Below, piece after piece: positions 1 through 10,995 of a stretch of DNA of 64,000 bases. The notes under the pieces were generated by a model, which saw only the letters and a program-made list of their open reading frames with translations, was not told where the DNA came from and made no database searches. The position numbers and the translations under genes were made by a program. Positions within the stretch are counted from its first letter, which is position 1. Each line of letters begins with the position of its first letter. The DNA is taken from contig NC_092670.1 in assembly GCF_964355755.1 (NCBI RefSeq), positions 30,492,388-30,556,387 on the forward strand. Direction: 5' to 3'. The stretch comes from Antedon mediterranea (Eukaryota; Animalia; Echinodermata).

Positions 1-609
1 ATGTGAAAAGAAAAACTGGGACGATAAGATTATTTCTTTAGAAAATATCTTAAGATTATGGAAAAGAAGAAATCTTACGTTCTTTGGAAAAATTATTATA
101 ATTAAAACTCTAGCCATATCTAAACTAATATACAATGCTAGCATTATAACCGTACCAAAATATATCTTGCCCAAGGTGGAAAAGATAATATATAGTTTTA
201 TGTGGAGTGGTAGACGAGAAAAGATTAAAAGAACCACACTCAATAGAAAAACAGATAAAGGTGGTTTAAATATGATTAATTTGAATGCAAAAGTCAAAGC
301 ATTGAAGCTAAACTGGGTTAAGCGACTCCTTAGCCCAGATCCAGGAAAATGGAAATGTATACCGAATTATTTCATGCACCCTATTAAGTATACTGTTAAT
401 ATCACTCAAATTAACAATGAAGATCATTCTGATCTAAAACTATTGCCTGTTTTCTATAGAGAAATACTAATTGCTATAGTTAATATTAACAACTTTAACT
501 GGTCTGACCCACAAAACATTGAAGACGTTAAAAACCAACAATTGTGGGAAAATAAATGTATACAGTTAAATGGAAAGTCAATCTATTTCAAAGTTTGGCT
601 TGATGCAGG
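1..609 (+). mobile_element. Tx1/L1-clade LINE ORF2, post-RT segment (5' part, interrupted by an LTR element)
   Basis: ORF 167-643 motifs FMWSGRREKIKR..L....KGGL, LKLNWVKRLL and LWENKCI..GKSIY.KVWLDAG are typical of the L1/Tx1 ORF2 C-terminal half. Removing 610-11402 restores the frame WLDAG-FRTMNDII into ORF 11413. Confidence 0.88.
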
Positions 610-1011
610 TGTCATATTAAATGTTGTGATTCTCTGTCTTTAGAGAAGGATGCTTTAGACCAGGTCCGCCTTATTATTAGCCAATCAAAATCGTATAATT
701 TTTGGAGGGAAAATGTTATCCTCCTCTGAAGCCTAAAATTTGCATATCCAGTATAAAAGTAGAATGTAATAGATATTAGAGGAGAAGAGAGAATAAGATC
801 AGAGTAGATAAACGGAAAGATGATAAAGAGAATATTAAGGCGTTACTGGAAGTGGTAGAAAGATGTATTAATCGAATTACAAGGAATAAAAGTTCTAGTT
901 GTGTTAAATATACTTTTTGTATGAGTTATCATTCAGTGACAGTGTACGTCGCGTGGAGTTATATATATACGCCTGAGAAAGCTCGGAACCAACTAAAATA
1001 AATTCACTACA
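610..1011 (+). repeat. 5' LTR of Gmr1-like element
   Basis: TGTCATATTAAATG...TTCACTACA; about 5 substitutions versus 10996-11397 by eye. Confidence 0.95.
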
Positions 1012-1025
1012 TGGTGGCAGCGGTG
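1012..1025 (+). promoter_or_regulatory. Primer-binding site, tRNA-Leu type
   Basis: TGGTGGCAGCGGTG immediately after the LTR is complementary to the 3' end of eukaryotic tRNA-Leu (...CACCGCTGCCA+CCA). Confidence 0.8.
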
Positions 1026-1542
1026 AAAATTTTTGTTTACATGATTTAAGTATCAAGAAGAAGAAGACGAAGAAGTGACAGTGCCTACTCTACGGGCCTG
1101 TTAAATCAGTAACCAAAAAGTTAAATGGTTACGAAGATCTGGATTCCTGACAGTTTTTATACCGTGCGTTGTTTGGATATTACAACGAAGAAGTACTGTT
1201 GAGCTCAAGACTGCTGGATATTCATCGGAGATATATATTCACCGAGATCTGAAAGAAGAAGACTGAAGTAACAGAAGGAAGCCCAGAAAATTTTGAGAAG
1301 ATTTGCAAAGCTGACTTTGTAAACTATTTTTATTTCGAAAGTAAATTTTTGTACAGAGCGAACTTGGAACGTTGTTTGTGACTTTGAAGTAAATTAAAGT
1401 CTTATATTGTATTGCATTAAAAAAATTTATGTGGATTTCATATTTTTTACATATCTGAATGGAATCAAGGTAATACAAATACTTTTATAACATATTTTGT
1501 ATACATAAGTTTACATATTTCATTAGTAAAATTGTTATTAGC

Positions 1543-2829
1543 ATGACAACTTTAAGATCGGGTAAAAATATAGATAAGACTATGTCAGAAAAAGATACTA
1601 GGGAAGATATGGTTGACCAAGAAGAGGTTGACCAAGTCAATGAAATGTATGATAACATGGCTAGGGATATTGATTTGCCCGAAATACCCGGCGGTATGCC
1701 TAAAGATATGATGCTCGAATATTTTCGAATGAAGGCCGAAAACAAAAAGTTAGAATTACAATACCAACAAGACCAATTAAGATTAGAAGCAGATATAGAG
1801 CAAAGAAAAATTGAATCACAAGAAAGAGTGAAAATGATGGAATTAGAAAATAGGTCTAGCTACAGTAATGCTAGGAATATAGTAGATGAAATGAAGGTAA
1901 AGGTTCCTACTTTGAAGGAATCAGATGATATTGATATATATTTTAGAACATTTGAACACTTGGCAGAAGCCACAGGTTGGGATAAGAATACGTGGTCCGC
2001 TAGGTTAGCACCTGAACTTTCTGGTAAAGCTAGGACAGCATATGCATCCTTAACCGTAAAAGAATGTGTAGATTATGATACCTTAAAGAAGGCAATCTTA
2101 GAAAAGTATGATGTGTCCGCAGAGACCTACAGATTTAAATTTAGAAATTCGAACAGAGTTAAAGATATGTCCATCAGGGAATGGCTGAATGAGCTCTCCC
2201 ATTATTTAAAATGTTGGATGAAATGTGCTAATGTAAAAGAAGATGATGCTGCAGGCATTATTGAAATGATTATAATGGAACAGGCACTTGATAAAATGCC
2301 TGAAGATCTGAGGCTTTATCTTAGAGATAAACAAGTAAATAAGAGCTATGATATGGCTATGATAGCCGATGATTATATAGCTAATAGAGGTGGCCGTGGC
2401 TATTGGAATGCCGTAAATTCTGAAAATAAGCCTACGTATTATAAGGGCCAAGAAAATAGTAAACCTAAGAATAGTACGACTCAGAATAACCCTGGAGCTA
2501 GGCAGCAAGGATACAATAGGTATCGCGGAAGAGGAGGCAAATTCCATAACTATGGTAGAAATTTCCAACAGAGAGAACCTTCAAATGAATGGATTAATGG
2601 CCTATGCTTTAATTGTAAGGAGAAGGGACATAAAATAGGGGATAGTCCTAAGATGGTAGCAAAAGGAAAGAATAGTGACACTAAGAAGGGCCCGAATGTG
2701 AAAGATGGCTTAAGATGTGAAGAAATAAAATCAGATAGACCCCAAGTAGTTATGGATAGTGTAGAAAATAAAATGGAGAAGTGTACAATAACAGGAAAAA
2801 TTAGAAGGACAGGATATAACTATGCTTAG
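1543..2829 (+). CDS. gag: Gag of Gmr1-like element: coiled coil, capsid with SCAN-like C-terminal domain, degenerate zinc knuckle
   Basis: YDTLKKAILEKYDVSAETYRFKFR...IIMEQALDKMPEDLRLYLRDKQ...MAMIADDY resembles the SCAN/Gmr1 capsid. Knuckle CFNCKEKGHKIGDS has the last Cys replaced by Ser. Confidence 0.85.
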   Translation: MTTLRSGKNIDKTMSEKDTREDMVDQEEVDQVNEMYDNMARDIDLPEIPGGMPKDMMLEYFRMKAENKKLELQYQQDQLRLEADIEQRKIESQERVKMMELENRSSYSNARNIVDEMKVKVPTLKESDDIDIYFRTFEHLAEATGWDKNTWSARLAPELSGKARTAYASLTVKECVDYDTLKKAILEKYDVSAETYRFKFRNSNRVKDMSIREWLNELSHYLKCWMKCANVKEDDAAGIIEMIIMEQALDKMPEDLRLYLRDKQVNKSYDMAMIADDYIANRGGRGYWNAVNSENKPTYYKGQENSKPKNSTTQNNPGARQQGYNRYRGRGGKFHNYGRNFQQREPSNEWINGLCFNCKEKGHKIGDSPKMVAKGKNSDTKKGPNVKDGLRCEEIKSDRPQVVMDSVENKMEKCTITGKIRRTGYNYA

Positions 2830-2994
2830 AGACTCGGGATGTACCCAGTCAGCTGTTAAGGAAAGTCTAGTGCCTAACAAATGTTACTTGCCAGGAAAAT
2901 GGGTTACGTTAAGAGGTATAGGAGGCGATATTACCGTCCCCTTAGCTGAGGTAGCTATAGAAAGTAAGATAGTGACAGGAAAAGTGATTGTAGC
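2822..2994 (+). CDS. Aspartic protease, N-terminal part, of the Gmr1-like element (split by the nested element)
   Basis: LRDSGCTQS catalytic motif. The sequence continues after 7732 as VI(K/E)GIQRDMLLGHD with a 1-nt frameshift. ORF residues after 2994 are read through the inserted LTR. Confidence 0.85.
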
Positions 2995-3123
2995 TGTTAT
3001 ATCTTATGTGTCTTTATTGCATCTTTCATTGTGTGTATACAGATTACCAACCATGTGGTTATATCGATCTACCTTAACCCATAATGCCTTGCTTTCCCTT
3101 AGTCTCCCAATCCAGACACTACA
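2995..3123 (-). repeat. 3' LTR of nested Mag-like element
   Basis: Direct repeat of 7599-7727 with TG/CA ends. Confidence 0.95.
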
Positions 3124-3443
3124 TCTTCCCCCTTCTTTAGCTAAAACTCACAACCCAATTAACTCCATACAATATGATATTCATTTTGTTTTTTTTTTTT
3201 TAACTTTAACAATAACAAAACAATTTAACTTTAAACTTTAAATCAAATATCATCATACATGCATATTATAAATGTTTCCTTGATCACATATCATTTCTTA
3301 TTATTTCCAAGATTCCTATAATATCAATGAACAACTTAGCATATAATAGCACTTAAAACTTTCAACATCTTAACGAAATCTCAACTTCTGGTGAACTTTA
3401 AAAATTAACATAACTCATAAATATGACTTCTTAATTTTACACT

Positions 3444-4406
3444 TTAAAAATCATCAAACCTCTTGGGTTTTCTCTTCTCTCTTACTGGTCTGCTTTTAAC
3501 TATCATATTTTCATTACTCTTTGTTATTTTGTCACTTTGCTCAGTATCAACTGGCTTATTCTGTTCAGTGTTATCAATCTTACTGTTACCATTAACTATA
3601 CTAGTATCAATTTGTTTTAAATTATCATTTGGTGTGTTAACATTTGCTTCATTTACTCTTTCATTATAGGATCGAACATGTGTCGAATTCCTTTTGTATC
3701 TTACACCCTGTGGTGATTCAACCACTACACTATTCCCTTTTTTCTCTATTACTACATATGGTTCTGTGTGATATGGCGTACTCATCTTGTCCCTCTGTGT
3801 CACTTTCACTAAAACCTTATCTCCTTTACACACATCACTTTCCTTCGCACCTCTCTTCTCATCAATGTACAGTTTGTTCTTTAATTTAGACACGGCATCA
3901 CGATCAGAAATTTCTTCGTCCATTATTGTATTGTCATCTAATTCTGGCAATTTTGTACGCAACTTTCTATTCCACATCATTTCTGCTGGTGTCACTCCGG
4001 TAACACTATGTGGGGTTGTACGATATGCGAATAGGTACACTCGTAATTCTTTTTTCCAGTCTTTTCCTTCAGCTTGCGCAATGCGAATTCTTTTCATTAG
4101 TGATCTATTTTGTCGTTCAACCTCTCCGTTTGCAGCTGGATGTAATGGTGTTACACGTCTATGTCTGATTCCATTTTCCTTCAGGTAGGTTTCAAACTCA
4201 TTGGACACAAACTGGGTACCATTATCTGAGGTAATTGATTTTGGTATGCCATGTTGAACAAACATATTTTCAAGTGTGTCTATAATTTTCTCACTTGTGA
4301 TTGACTTCATTAAACTAATTTCATAATAACGACTATAATAGTCTACCACCACTAGTACATTATCCTTCGATGGAAACGGTCCCAGCAAGTCAATCGAAAT
4401 ATCTTG
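3444..4406 (-). CDS. Integrase catalytic core and C-terminus of the nested element (in frame after a TAG)
   Basis: DISIDLLGPF...VVDYYSRY...ITSDNGTQF...NGEVERQNR DDE motifs. Same frame as 4407-7502; GP*QD sits where GPWQD is expected. Confidence 0.9.
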   Translation of the reverse strand, partial: QDISIDLLGPFPSKDNVLVVVDYYSRYYEISLMKSITSEKIIDTLENMFVQHGIPKSITSDNGTQFVSNEFETYLKENGIRHRRVTPLHPAANGEVERQNRSLMKRIRIAQAEGKDWKKELRVYLFAYRTTPHSVTGVTPAEMMWNRKLRTKLPELDDNTIMDEEISDRDAVSKLKNKLYIDEKRGAKESDVCKGDKVLVKVTQRDKMSTPYHTEPYVVIEKKGNSVVVESPQGVRYKRNSTHVRSYNERVNEANVNTPNDNLKQIDTSIVNGNSKIDNTEQNKPVDTEQSDKITKSNENMIVKSRPVREKRKPKRFDDF

Positions 4407-7400
4407 CTATGGTCCTGTTGGTAGTTGTGTTGGCTTCAATGGTTCTGGTGCTGGCATCGAACTTGTTATCTGACACTCGTGACATGTTTTAACATAGTCT
4501 TCCACATTCTTCTCCATCCCAGGCCACCATACCTTGGTTCTAAGCCTTTGCTTGGTTTTGACTATCCCCAAGTGTCCTTGGTGTGCTAATTCAATACACT
4601 GTAATCTATATTTTTCTGGAATTACAATCCTTCTGTTTCTAAGAATTAAATATCCAAAACATGCAAGTTCTTGTTGTATTGCATTATACTGAATCAAGTC
4701 TCTGTCCCATTTATCTGTCCGTATACTATTTCTCACTTTACTCAATTCAGGATCTTCCTTTGATGCCTCTTCAACTTCACGTGATGATAGTGCACATGGG
4801 GTTGCATTTGATGCTACCAATCGAATATACATCTCTGTGTCATCACTGTCATTATTCTGTTTGCCATCAATTTCTATTGGTAACCTTGATAATATATCAG
4901 CAATGTTATTCTTACCAGGTACATACTTTACTGTATAAGAATAGGACATAAGTCTCATCACCCACCTTTCAATCCGTGCATTTGGTTTAGACTTTGGTCC
5001 ATACAGGCCTTCGAGTGGTTTATGGTCAGTTATCAATTCAAACTGTAGTCCATATAAGTAAACATGAAACCTTTCCATAGCCCATACCACTGCCAATGCC
5101 TCTTTCTCCGTTGTTGAATATTTCTTTTCAGTAGCTGATAATGTTCGGCTTGCATAACTTATAACTCTGGTTTCACCATTGTATTTCTGAATTAAAACTC
5201 CACCAATGCCTACATTGCTTGCATCTGTCACCAACTGAGTACTTTCTGCATCTAATCTGAAATAGCCTAAACATGTTTCATTAGTTAAGCATTTCGTAAG
5301 TTTTACATAACTATTTTCTTGTTCAGACCCCCAATAGAAATTACAATCTTTTCGCACTAGTCGTCTTAAGGGTTCCGCAACTGTAGCTAAATTTGGAATG
5401 TATCGTGCTGAGAAGTTAACTAGACCTAAGAAACTTTTTACTTCTGCAGCTGTTTTTGGTCTCTTTGATTCTGCCAATGCTCTGACTCGCCCAATTGTAG
5501 GTTTGATTCCGTTTGCTGACAATATGTGACCCATGAATGTTATCTGTGATACAGAAAATTGACACTTATCCTTGTTGAGAGTCAAATTCTTTTCTTTAAA
5601 TTTCTCAAGCACTACACGAAGTCTGTCATCATGTTCAGTCTGTGTTCTCCCGTGTACAACAATGTCATCTGATATGTTAGCTACACCTTCGCATCCACTC
5701 AGCGTCTGACTGATTACTCTTTGGTACTTTTCAGGGGCAGCATTTATCCCGAACATCAACCTTTTGTAGCGATAAAGACCTTTGTTAGTTATGAAAGTTG
5801 TGATGTTTCGTGATTGCTCATCTAATTCAATTTGGTGATAGCCGTAATTCATGTCTAATTTAGAGAACACTGTACTTTGATTCATTTCATACAACACTTC
5901 ATCAACTGTTGGGATTGGATGCCTCTCCCTTTTAACTGCTCGGTTGGCCTGCCTCATATCTACGCAGAGGCGTATATCCCCATTTGGTTTTGGCACTACT
6001 ATGACTGGACTTACCCAATCACTTGGTTCGTCTACCCTTTCAATTATGTCAAGAGATTCTAACTCATCTAATTTATCACTCACTTTATCTTTGAGACTAA
6101 ACGGTATTCTATACATGCTCTGAACAACTGGTGTTACCTGTTCATCAATAAATAAATGTAACTTATAATCTTTTAATTTACCAATACCTTCAAATACCTG
6201 TGTATACTTATCTTGTACACTATTTATCACTTGTGGTATTACAATATTTAACACTCCAAGCTTCATTGCAGTATCACCTCCCAACAAAGCAGGGCCTTTC
6301 CCTTTTAACACATATACATCTGCTGTTATTTTAGGCTCAGTATTATTACCTGTACCTTGAAAAATTGACATGTTCGTAGTAAATTTTCCTAACAACTCTA
6401 ATGGTTTTTCTGACCCATATGCATATAACTTTCTGTTTGTCAACTCAGATTTGCATTTAATTTTCTTGGATTTTAACTGTTGCCATAAATACTGATCTAG
6501 GATATTAACTGTAGCACCACTATCAACAATCATTTCTACCTTATGTACATCCATACAAACATTTATCTTTGTAGTTTTAGAATTATTATTTTGTATACCA
6601 AAAGCATAGTCATCGTCTTCACTTCCATTTTGAACATTACTAATACCACTACTCTTTTTGTCTTTACCTAATTTAGTTTTGCAACAAATAGCAAAATGTC
6701 CCAAAATTTGACATTTATTACATTTCTTGTCTCTTGCAGGACAACATTTATCCTTAGCCAAATGTCCTTCTCTTCCACAGCGAAAGCATTTTCGGTTATC
6801 TTGTCTATCATTGAACTTTGACTTACTTGTTCTGTTAGGCCTACCACTTGAATTTCCAGCTTGATACCTGTTTCTGCTCGTCGTGCTTGATCTTGACCAT
6901 CTCTCATTCCTCACTGCATTCATGTTTGTTGTTTCCACTCCATTAACTTCTTGTGACATCTCCTTTGCTTGCTTCTCACTCATTTCAAATGTGCTAGCTA
7001 TTGCTTTTAAATTGGTTAATTTCAAAGTATTTCCTTTTTCTAGCAATTTTAGTCTCAGTCTATTTGATTTGCATTTTTCAATAACATGGTCTCTAATTAA
7101 CTCATCAACATTCGCATCAACAAATTCACATTTTGCAGCCTGCTGCCTCAATCTATTTATAAATTGGTGAATTGTTTCGTCATCACCTTGCGTCAGTTTT
7201 CTAAAACAATAACGCTCATACGGTACGTTGGTTTTCATAGCAAATTGTTTATTTAATGTGTTTACAACAACATCATACTCATCTGTTCCGTTCTCCTCTG
7301 TTAAACATTCATATATGTCCTGTACAGCCATTCCGGCGCAATGCAATAACAAAGCTTTCTTTTGGTTTTTGTCTACTACTCCTTTACCAGTAGCATATAA

Positions 7401-7502
7401 TTCAAAACTGCGAAGCCATTTCTTCCACCGTTCAGCCGAAGCGTTCACATCGTGTGGATCATACGCAGCGATTCCAGTGATTTCAACGTTTACAGCGGTC
7501 AT
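4407..7502 (-). CDS. Gag-Pol (Gag with two Zn knuckles, PR, RT, RNase H, IN zinc finger) of the nested element
   Basis: CFRCGREGH and CNKCQILGH knuckles; IVDSGATVN protease; RLCVDMR, LMFGI and ISDDI RT motifs; LVTDASNVGIG RNase H; AHQGHLG...CHEC integrase Zn finger. Confidence 0.93.
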   Translation of the reverse strand: MTAVNVEITGIAAYDPHDVNASAERWKKWLRSFELYATGKGVVDKNQKKALLLHCAGMAVQDIYECLTEENGTDEYDVVVNTLNKQFAMKTNVPYERYCFRKLTQGDDETIHQFINRLRQQAAKCEFVDANVDELIRDHVIEKCKSNRLRLKLLEKGNTLKLTNLKAIASTFEMSEKQAKEMSQEVNGVETTNMNAVRNERWSRSSTTSRNRYQAGNSSGRPNRTSKSKFNDRQDNRKCFRCGREGHLAKDKCCPARDKKCNKCQILGHFAICCKTKLGKDKKSSGISNVQNGSEDDDYAFGIQNNNSKTTKINVCMDVHKVEMIVDSGATVNILDQYLWQQLKSKKIKCKSELTNRKLYAYGSEKPLELLGKFTTNMSIFQGTGNNTEPKITADVYVLKGKGPALLGGDTAMKLGVLNIVIPQVINSVQDKYTQVFEGIGKLKDYKLHLFIDEQVTPVVQSMYRIPFSLKDKVSDKLDELESLDIIERVDEPSDWVSPVIVVPKPNGDIRLCVDMRQANRAVKRERHPIPTVDEVLYEMNQSTVFSKLDMNYGYHQIELDEQSRNITTFITNKGLYRYKRLMFGINAAPEKYQRVISQTLSGCEGVANISDDIVVHGRTQTEHDDRLRVVLEKFKEKNLTLNKDKCQFSVSQITFMGHILSANGIKPTIGRVRALAESKRPKTAAEVKSFLGLVNFSARYIPNLATVAEPLRRLVRKDCNFYWGSEQENSYVKLTKCLTNETCLGYFRLDAESTQLVTDASNVGIGGVLIQKYNGETRVISYASRTLSATEKKYSTTEKEALAVVWAMERFHVYLYGLQFELITDHKPLEGLYGPKSKPNARIERWVMRLMSYSYTVKYVPGKNNIADILSRLPIEIDGKQNNDSDDTEMYIRLVASNATPCALSSREVEEASKEDPELSKVRNSIRTDKWDRDLIQYNAIQQELACFGYLILRNRRIVIPEKYRLQCIELAHQGHLGIVKTKQRLRTKVWWPGMEKNVEDYVKTCHECQITSSMPAPEPLKPTQLPTGP

Positions 7503-7598
7503 CGTTACAACAGTATTAAAACAAATATATCGCCAAAAATTACAGTATTGAAACTTCTAATCACTTGTGGTTCGATATTCTCCTTAACTCGTCGCCAA

Positions 7599-7727
7599 TG
7601 TTATATCTTATGTGTCTTTATTGCATCTTTCATTGTGTGTATACAGATTACCAACCATGTGGTTATATCGATCTACCTTAACCCATAATGCATTGCTTTC
7701 CCTTAGTCTCCCAATCCAGACACTACA
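7599..7727 (-). repeat. 5' LTR of nested Mag-like element
   Basis: Direct repeat of 2995-3123, followed on the minus strand by the PBS. Confidence 0.95.
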
Positions 7728-7758
7728 GTAGCCGTAATCGAAAGGAATACAGAGGGAC

Positions 7759-10700
7759 ATGTTATTGGGTCATGATTTGGACCAGAATTGTGGGGAAACA
7801 ATGGCTAAAGAAATGTTCGTCCTAACTAGGGAGCAAGCCAGAATAGAAAATGATGTTAGAATACAAGACGAAATGATATTGTTAGGGAAAGATAGTAACT
7901 TTAAACCGATAGAAGAGCCGCCTAAAGAAACTAATGTACAATTGTTGAAAACAGTAGTAAATGACAACAAAGTAAATAAAACTAAGTGTTTAGATGATAT
8001 GAATGGAACAGAAATGAATAATTTGTTTGACGAAAATGAGGATAAAGCTAAAGATAAAACAGTCAAACATAAAACTTATGAACAACAGCACAAGCTGAAC
8101 CTAACTAAACAAGAACTGATCAAATTGCAAACTAAGGATGACTCACTCAAAGGAGTGTTTGACAGGGTAGTCCCTATAGAAGAAATAGGTCAGCATAGGG
8201 TATGTTTCTTTATGAGACAAGGTATATTGATGAGAAATTGGAGTAGTATTAAAGATAAGAATAACCAAGTGGAACAGATTGTATTACCCACTCAGTGTAG
8301 ACAGGGTGTATTACACTTAGGTCATAATGTGCCATTTGCAGGTCACATGGGTGTTGAGAAAACTAAAAGTAGGGTCCTGAACCAATTCTATTGGCCAGGT
8401 ATATTTAAAGATGTGGTAGTCTATTGTAAAGTCTGTAAGGAATGCCAAAAGGTAGATAAGGGTAAAAGTAAAAGGAAACATACTTTGATACCATTACCGA
8501 TTATAAGTACACCATTTAAACGTATAGCGTTAGGCATTGTTGGACCCTTATCTAGAACAAGCCGTAATAACAAATATATGCTTACTATAATTGACTATGC
8601 TACGAGATATCCAGATGCTATCCCGTTACCCAATGTTAGAGCTGAAACAGTAGCCAGGGCTCTAATAGAAGTCTTTACTAGAGTAGGATTACCCGAAGAG
8701 ATTGTACATGATCAAGGAACTAATTTCATGTCTTCAATTATGCAATCTATATGTAGTATGTTGGGGATTAATCAATTAAAGACTACAGTGTACCACCCCC
8801 AAAGCAATGGGCTTGTTGAAAGATTTCACGGTACATTGAAAAATATGATAAGGACACTTACAGTTAAGCAAAGAAAAAATTGGGATAACTACATACCCCC
8901 CTTTCTGTTTGCATACAGAGAAGTTCCTAGTAAAGCGACGGGCCATTCACCTTTTAAATTGCTTTATGGTAGAGAGGTGAGGGGACACTTGAGTTTACTC
9001 AAAAGTAATTGGGTAGAAGATGAAGAAACATCTACTGATGTTATCAAATACATGTTAGAAATAAGAGAAAAAATGGAGGAATTAATGAAAGATGCTAATG
9101 TAAACAAACTTGAACAACAAGAAATTATGTCCCACAATTATAACAAGAATGCCATTGATAGAGAATTTGTAGAAGGGGACAAAGTGTTGATATTCCTTCC
9201 AGTAGGAAATAGTAAGTTAGACAGTAAATGGCAAGGCCCCTTCACTGTTACAAAAAAGGTCAATGATGTAAATTATGAAATATACATAGGAGGTAGAAGA
9301 AAAGAAAAACAAATTCTACATGTTAATATGTTAAAGAGATGGTATGATAAAGTAGAAATAAGTAAAGATGGTTATTATGTAGTAACAAATGTTCAGTCGA
9401 TAGAAGAAGTAGACTTAAATGAAACAGTCCATGACAATGAGTTAGATAGTGAAATAGACATAGGATTGTCTTATCATCAATCACAAACATGGAGAGATGT
9501 TAACGTTAGTAGTAATTTAAATGATACACAAACTAAACAATTAACAGAATTGTTAAACTACCAACAGAATGTATTCTCGGATGTACCAGGTAGAACTCAC
9601 TTAGTGACACATGAAATTAAGACTAATGGTGAAATGCCTATAAGGCATAGGGCATATAGAACGCTCCAAGCATTAAAGGGTAAATTGAAAGAGGAATTAG
9701 ATAGTATGTTGGCTATGGGTATAATAGAACCTACTGTTAGTGCCTATGCTGCACCTATTATTGCCCTGAAGAAAGGCCAGAATCAAATTAGAATGGTGAC
9801 AGATTTTAGATCACTAAATAAGACTACACAATTTGACCCTTATGTTATGCCTCGCATAGACGAAATGTTGGATGAGGTATCATCCGCAATATACATAACT
9901 ACGTTAGATCTAACTAAAGGATTTTACCAGGTGCCTCTGGATCCTAAGACCAAAGACAAATCAGCATTTATTACACAATTTGGACAGTATTGTTACAATG
10001 TACTTCCATTTGGTATGCAAAATAGCTCTAGTACTTTCCAAAGATTAATGGATAAGGTATTACAAGGTACTGAGGGATATGCTAAGGCATATATAGATGA
10101 CATATGTATTTATAGTCAAACTTGGAAAGATCATATTTTTCATTTGAATGATGTATTAGAAAGATTAAGTAGTGCTGGATTGACAGCAAAGCCTTTGAAA
10201 TGTAAAATTGCCTATGCACAGGTAGAATTTCTGGGGCATAAGATTGGTAATGGAGAAATTAGACCCATGATTGATAAGGTTGAGGCTGTGGAAAAGTTCC
10301 CCAGACCTTTGTCTAAGAAACAAGTCCGATCATTTCTCGGATTAACGGGCTATTACAGAAAATTTGTACAGAACTATGCCGATATTGCTAAGCCATTGAT
10401 TGATTTAACTTTAAAGAGTAAAAGTAATACCGTTAAGTGGAATGAACAATGTGAAAATGCCTTTGTAACTTTAAAGAAACGACTTACTGATGATAATGTA
10501 TTAAAAGCCCCAAATTTTGATAAGATGTTTATATTGCAAACCGATGCCTCAAATTATGGCATAGGTGCAGTGCTGAGCCAAATAGATGGTGAGGGTAATG
10601 ATTATCCCATTGTGTACTTAAGTAGAAAGTTATCTGTACATGAGCAGAGATATTCTGTGCCAGAAAAAGAGTGCCTCTCTATTGTTTGGGCTATCAATAA

Positions 10701-10893
10701 ACTTAAGTATTATCTGTATGGTTGTGAATTTCAAGTTCATACTGACCACCAGGCATTGAGATGGATGGACTCAATGAAGGGTGCCAATGTTAGACTTATG
10801 AGATGGGCTCTGTTTTTACAAGGATATAAATTTAAAGTTATTTACAAGAAAGGATCATTAAATGGAAATGCAGATGGATTAAGCCGTGCATAA
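7759..10893 (+). CDS. pol: Pol of Gmr1-like element: integrase, reverse transcriptase, RNase H
   Basis: HHCC (GHNVPFAGH...CKVCKEC); IN core RIALGIVGP/HDQGTNF/GLVERF; GPF module; RT LDLTKGFYQ, LPFGM, AYIDDI; RNase H LQTDAS...EKECL...TDH...NADGLSR. Confidence 0.93.
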   Translation: MLLGHDLDQNCGETMAKEMFVLTREQARIENDVRIQDEMILLGKDSNFKPIEEPPKETNVQLLKTVVNDNKVNKTKCLDDMNGTEMNNLFDENEDKAKDKTVKHKTYEQQHKLNLTKQELIKLQTKDDSLKGVFDRVVPIEEIGQHRVCFFMRQGILMRNWSSIKDKNNQVEQIVLPTQCRQGVLHLGHNVPFAGHMGVEKTKSRVLNQFYWPGIFKDVVVYCKVCKECQKVDKGKSKRKHTLIPLPIISTPFKRIALGIVGPLSRTSRNNKYMLTIIDYATRYPDAIPLPNVRAETVARALIEVFTRVGLPEEIVHDQGTNFMSSIMQSICSMLGINQLKTTVYHPQSNGLVERFHGTLKNMIRTLTVKQRKNWDNYIPPFLFAYREVPSKATGHSPFKLLYGREVRGHLSLLKSNWVEDEETSTDVIKYMLEIREKMEELMKDANVNKLEQQEIMSHNYNKNAIDREFVEGDKVLIFLPVGNSKLDSKWQGPFTVTKKVNDVNYEIYIGGRRKEKQILHVNMLKRWYDKVEISKDGYYVVTNVQSIEEVDLNETVHDNELDSEIDIGLSYHQSQTWRDVNVSSNLNDTQTKQLTELLNYQQNVFSDVPGRTHLVTHEIKTNGEMPIRHRAYRTLQALKGKLKEELDSMLAMGIIEPTVSAYAAPIIALKKGQNQIRMVTDFRSLNKTTQFDPYVMPRIDEMLDEVSSAIYITTLDLTKGFYQVPLDPKTKDKSAFITQFGQYCYNVLPFGMQNSSSTFQRLMDKVLQGTEGYAKAYIDDICIYSQTWKDHIFHLNDVLERLSSAGLTAKPLKCKIAYAQVEFLGHKIGNGEIRPMIDKVEAVEKFPRPLSKKQVRSFLGLTGYYRKFVQNYADIAKPLIDLTLKSKSNTVKWNEQCENAFVTLKKRLTDDNVLKAPNFDKMFILQTDASNYGIGAVLSQIDGEGNDYPIVYLSRKLSVHEQRYSVPEKECLSIVWAINKLKYYLYGCEFQVHTDHQALRWMDSMKGANVRLMRWALFLQGYKFKVIYKKGSLNGNADGLSRA

Positions 10894-10995
10894 ATAATGT
10901 TATAGAGGTGTTATTAGTAGATAGTTTAAAGTAAAATGGTTTTAAATGTTAAATTTTTGGAAAGATTGACACAATCTTTTTCCCAAAAAGGGGAA

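Larger units (their letters stand above)
2995..7727 (-). mobile_element. Mag-like Ty3/Gypsy LTR retrotransposon nested in the protease of the outer element
   Basis: 129-bp LTRs at 2995-3123 and 7599-7727 (one mismatch seen). TSD GTAGC at 2990-2994 and 7728-7732. Minus-strand PBS TGGCGACGAG (tRNA-Ser(GCU)-like) and PPT AAAGAAGGGGGAAGA next to the 3' LTR. Confidence 0.95.

Noticed and set aside
2995-3241. Hydrophobic C-terminal extension of ORF 2822-3241
   Set aside because: Read-through into the inserted LTR and 3' UTR of the nested element; not part of the protease.
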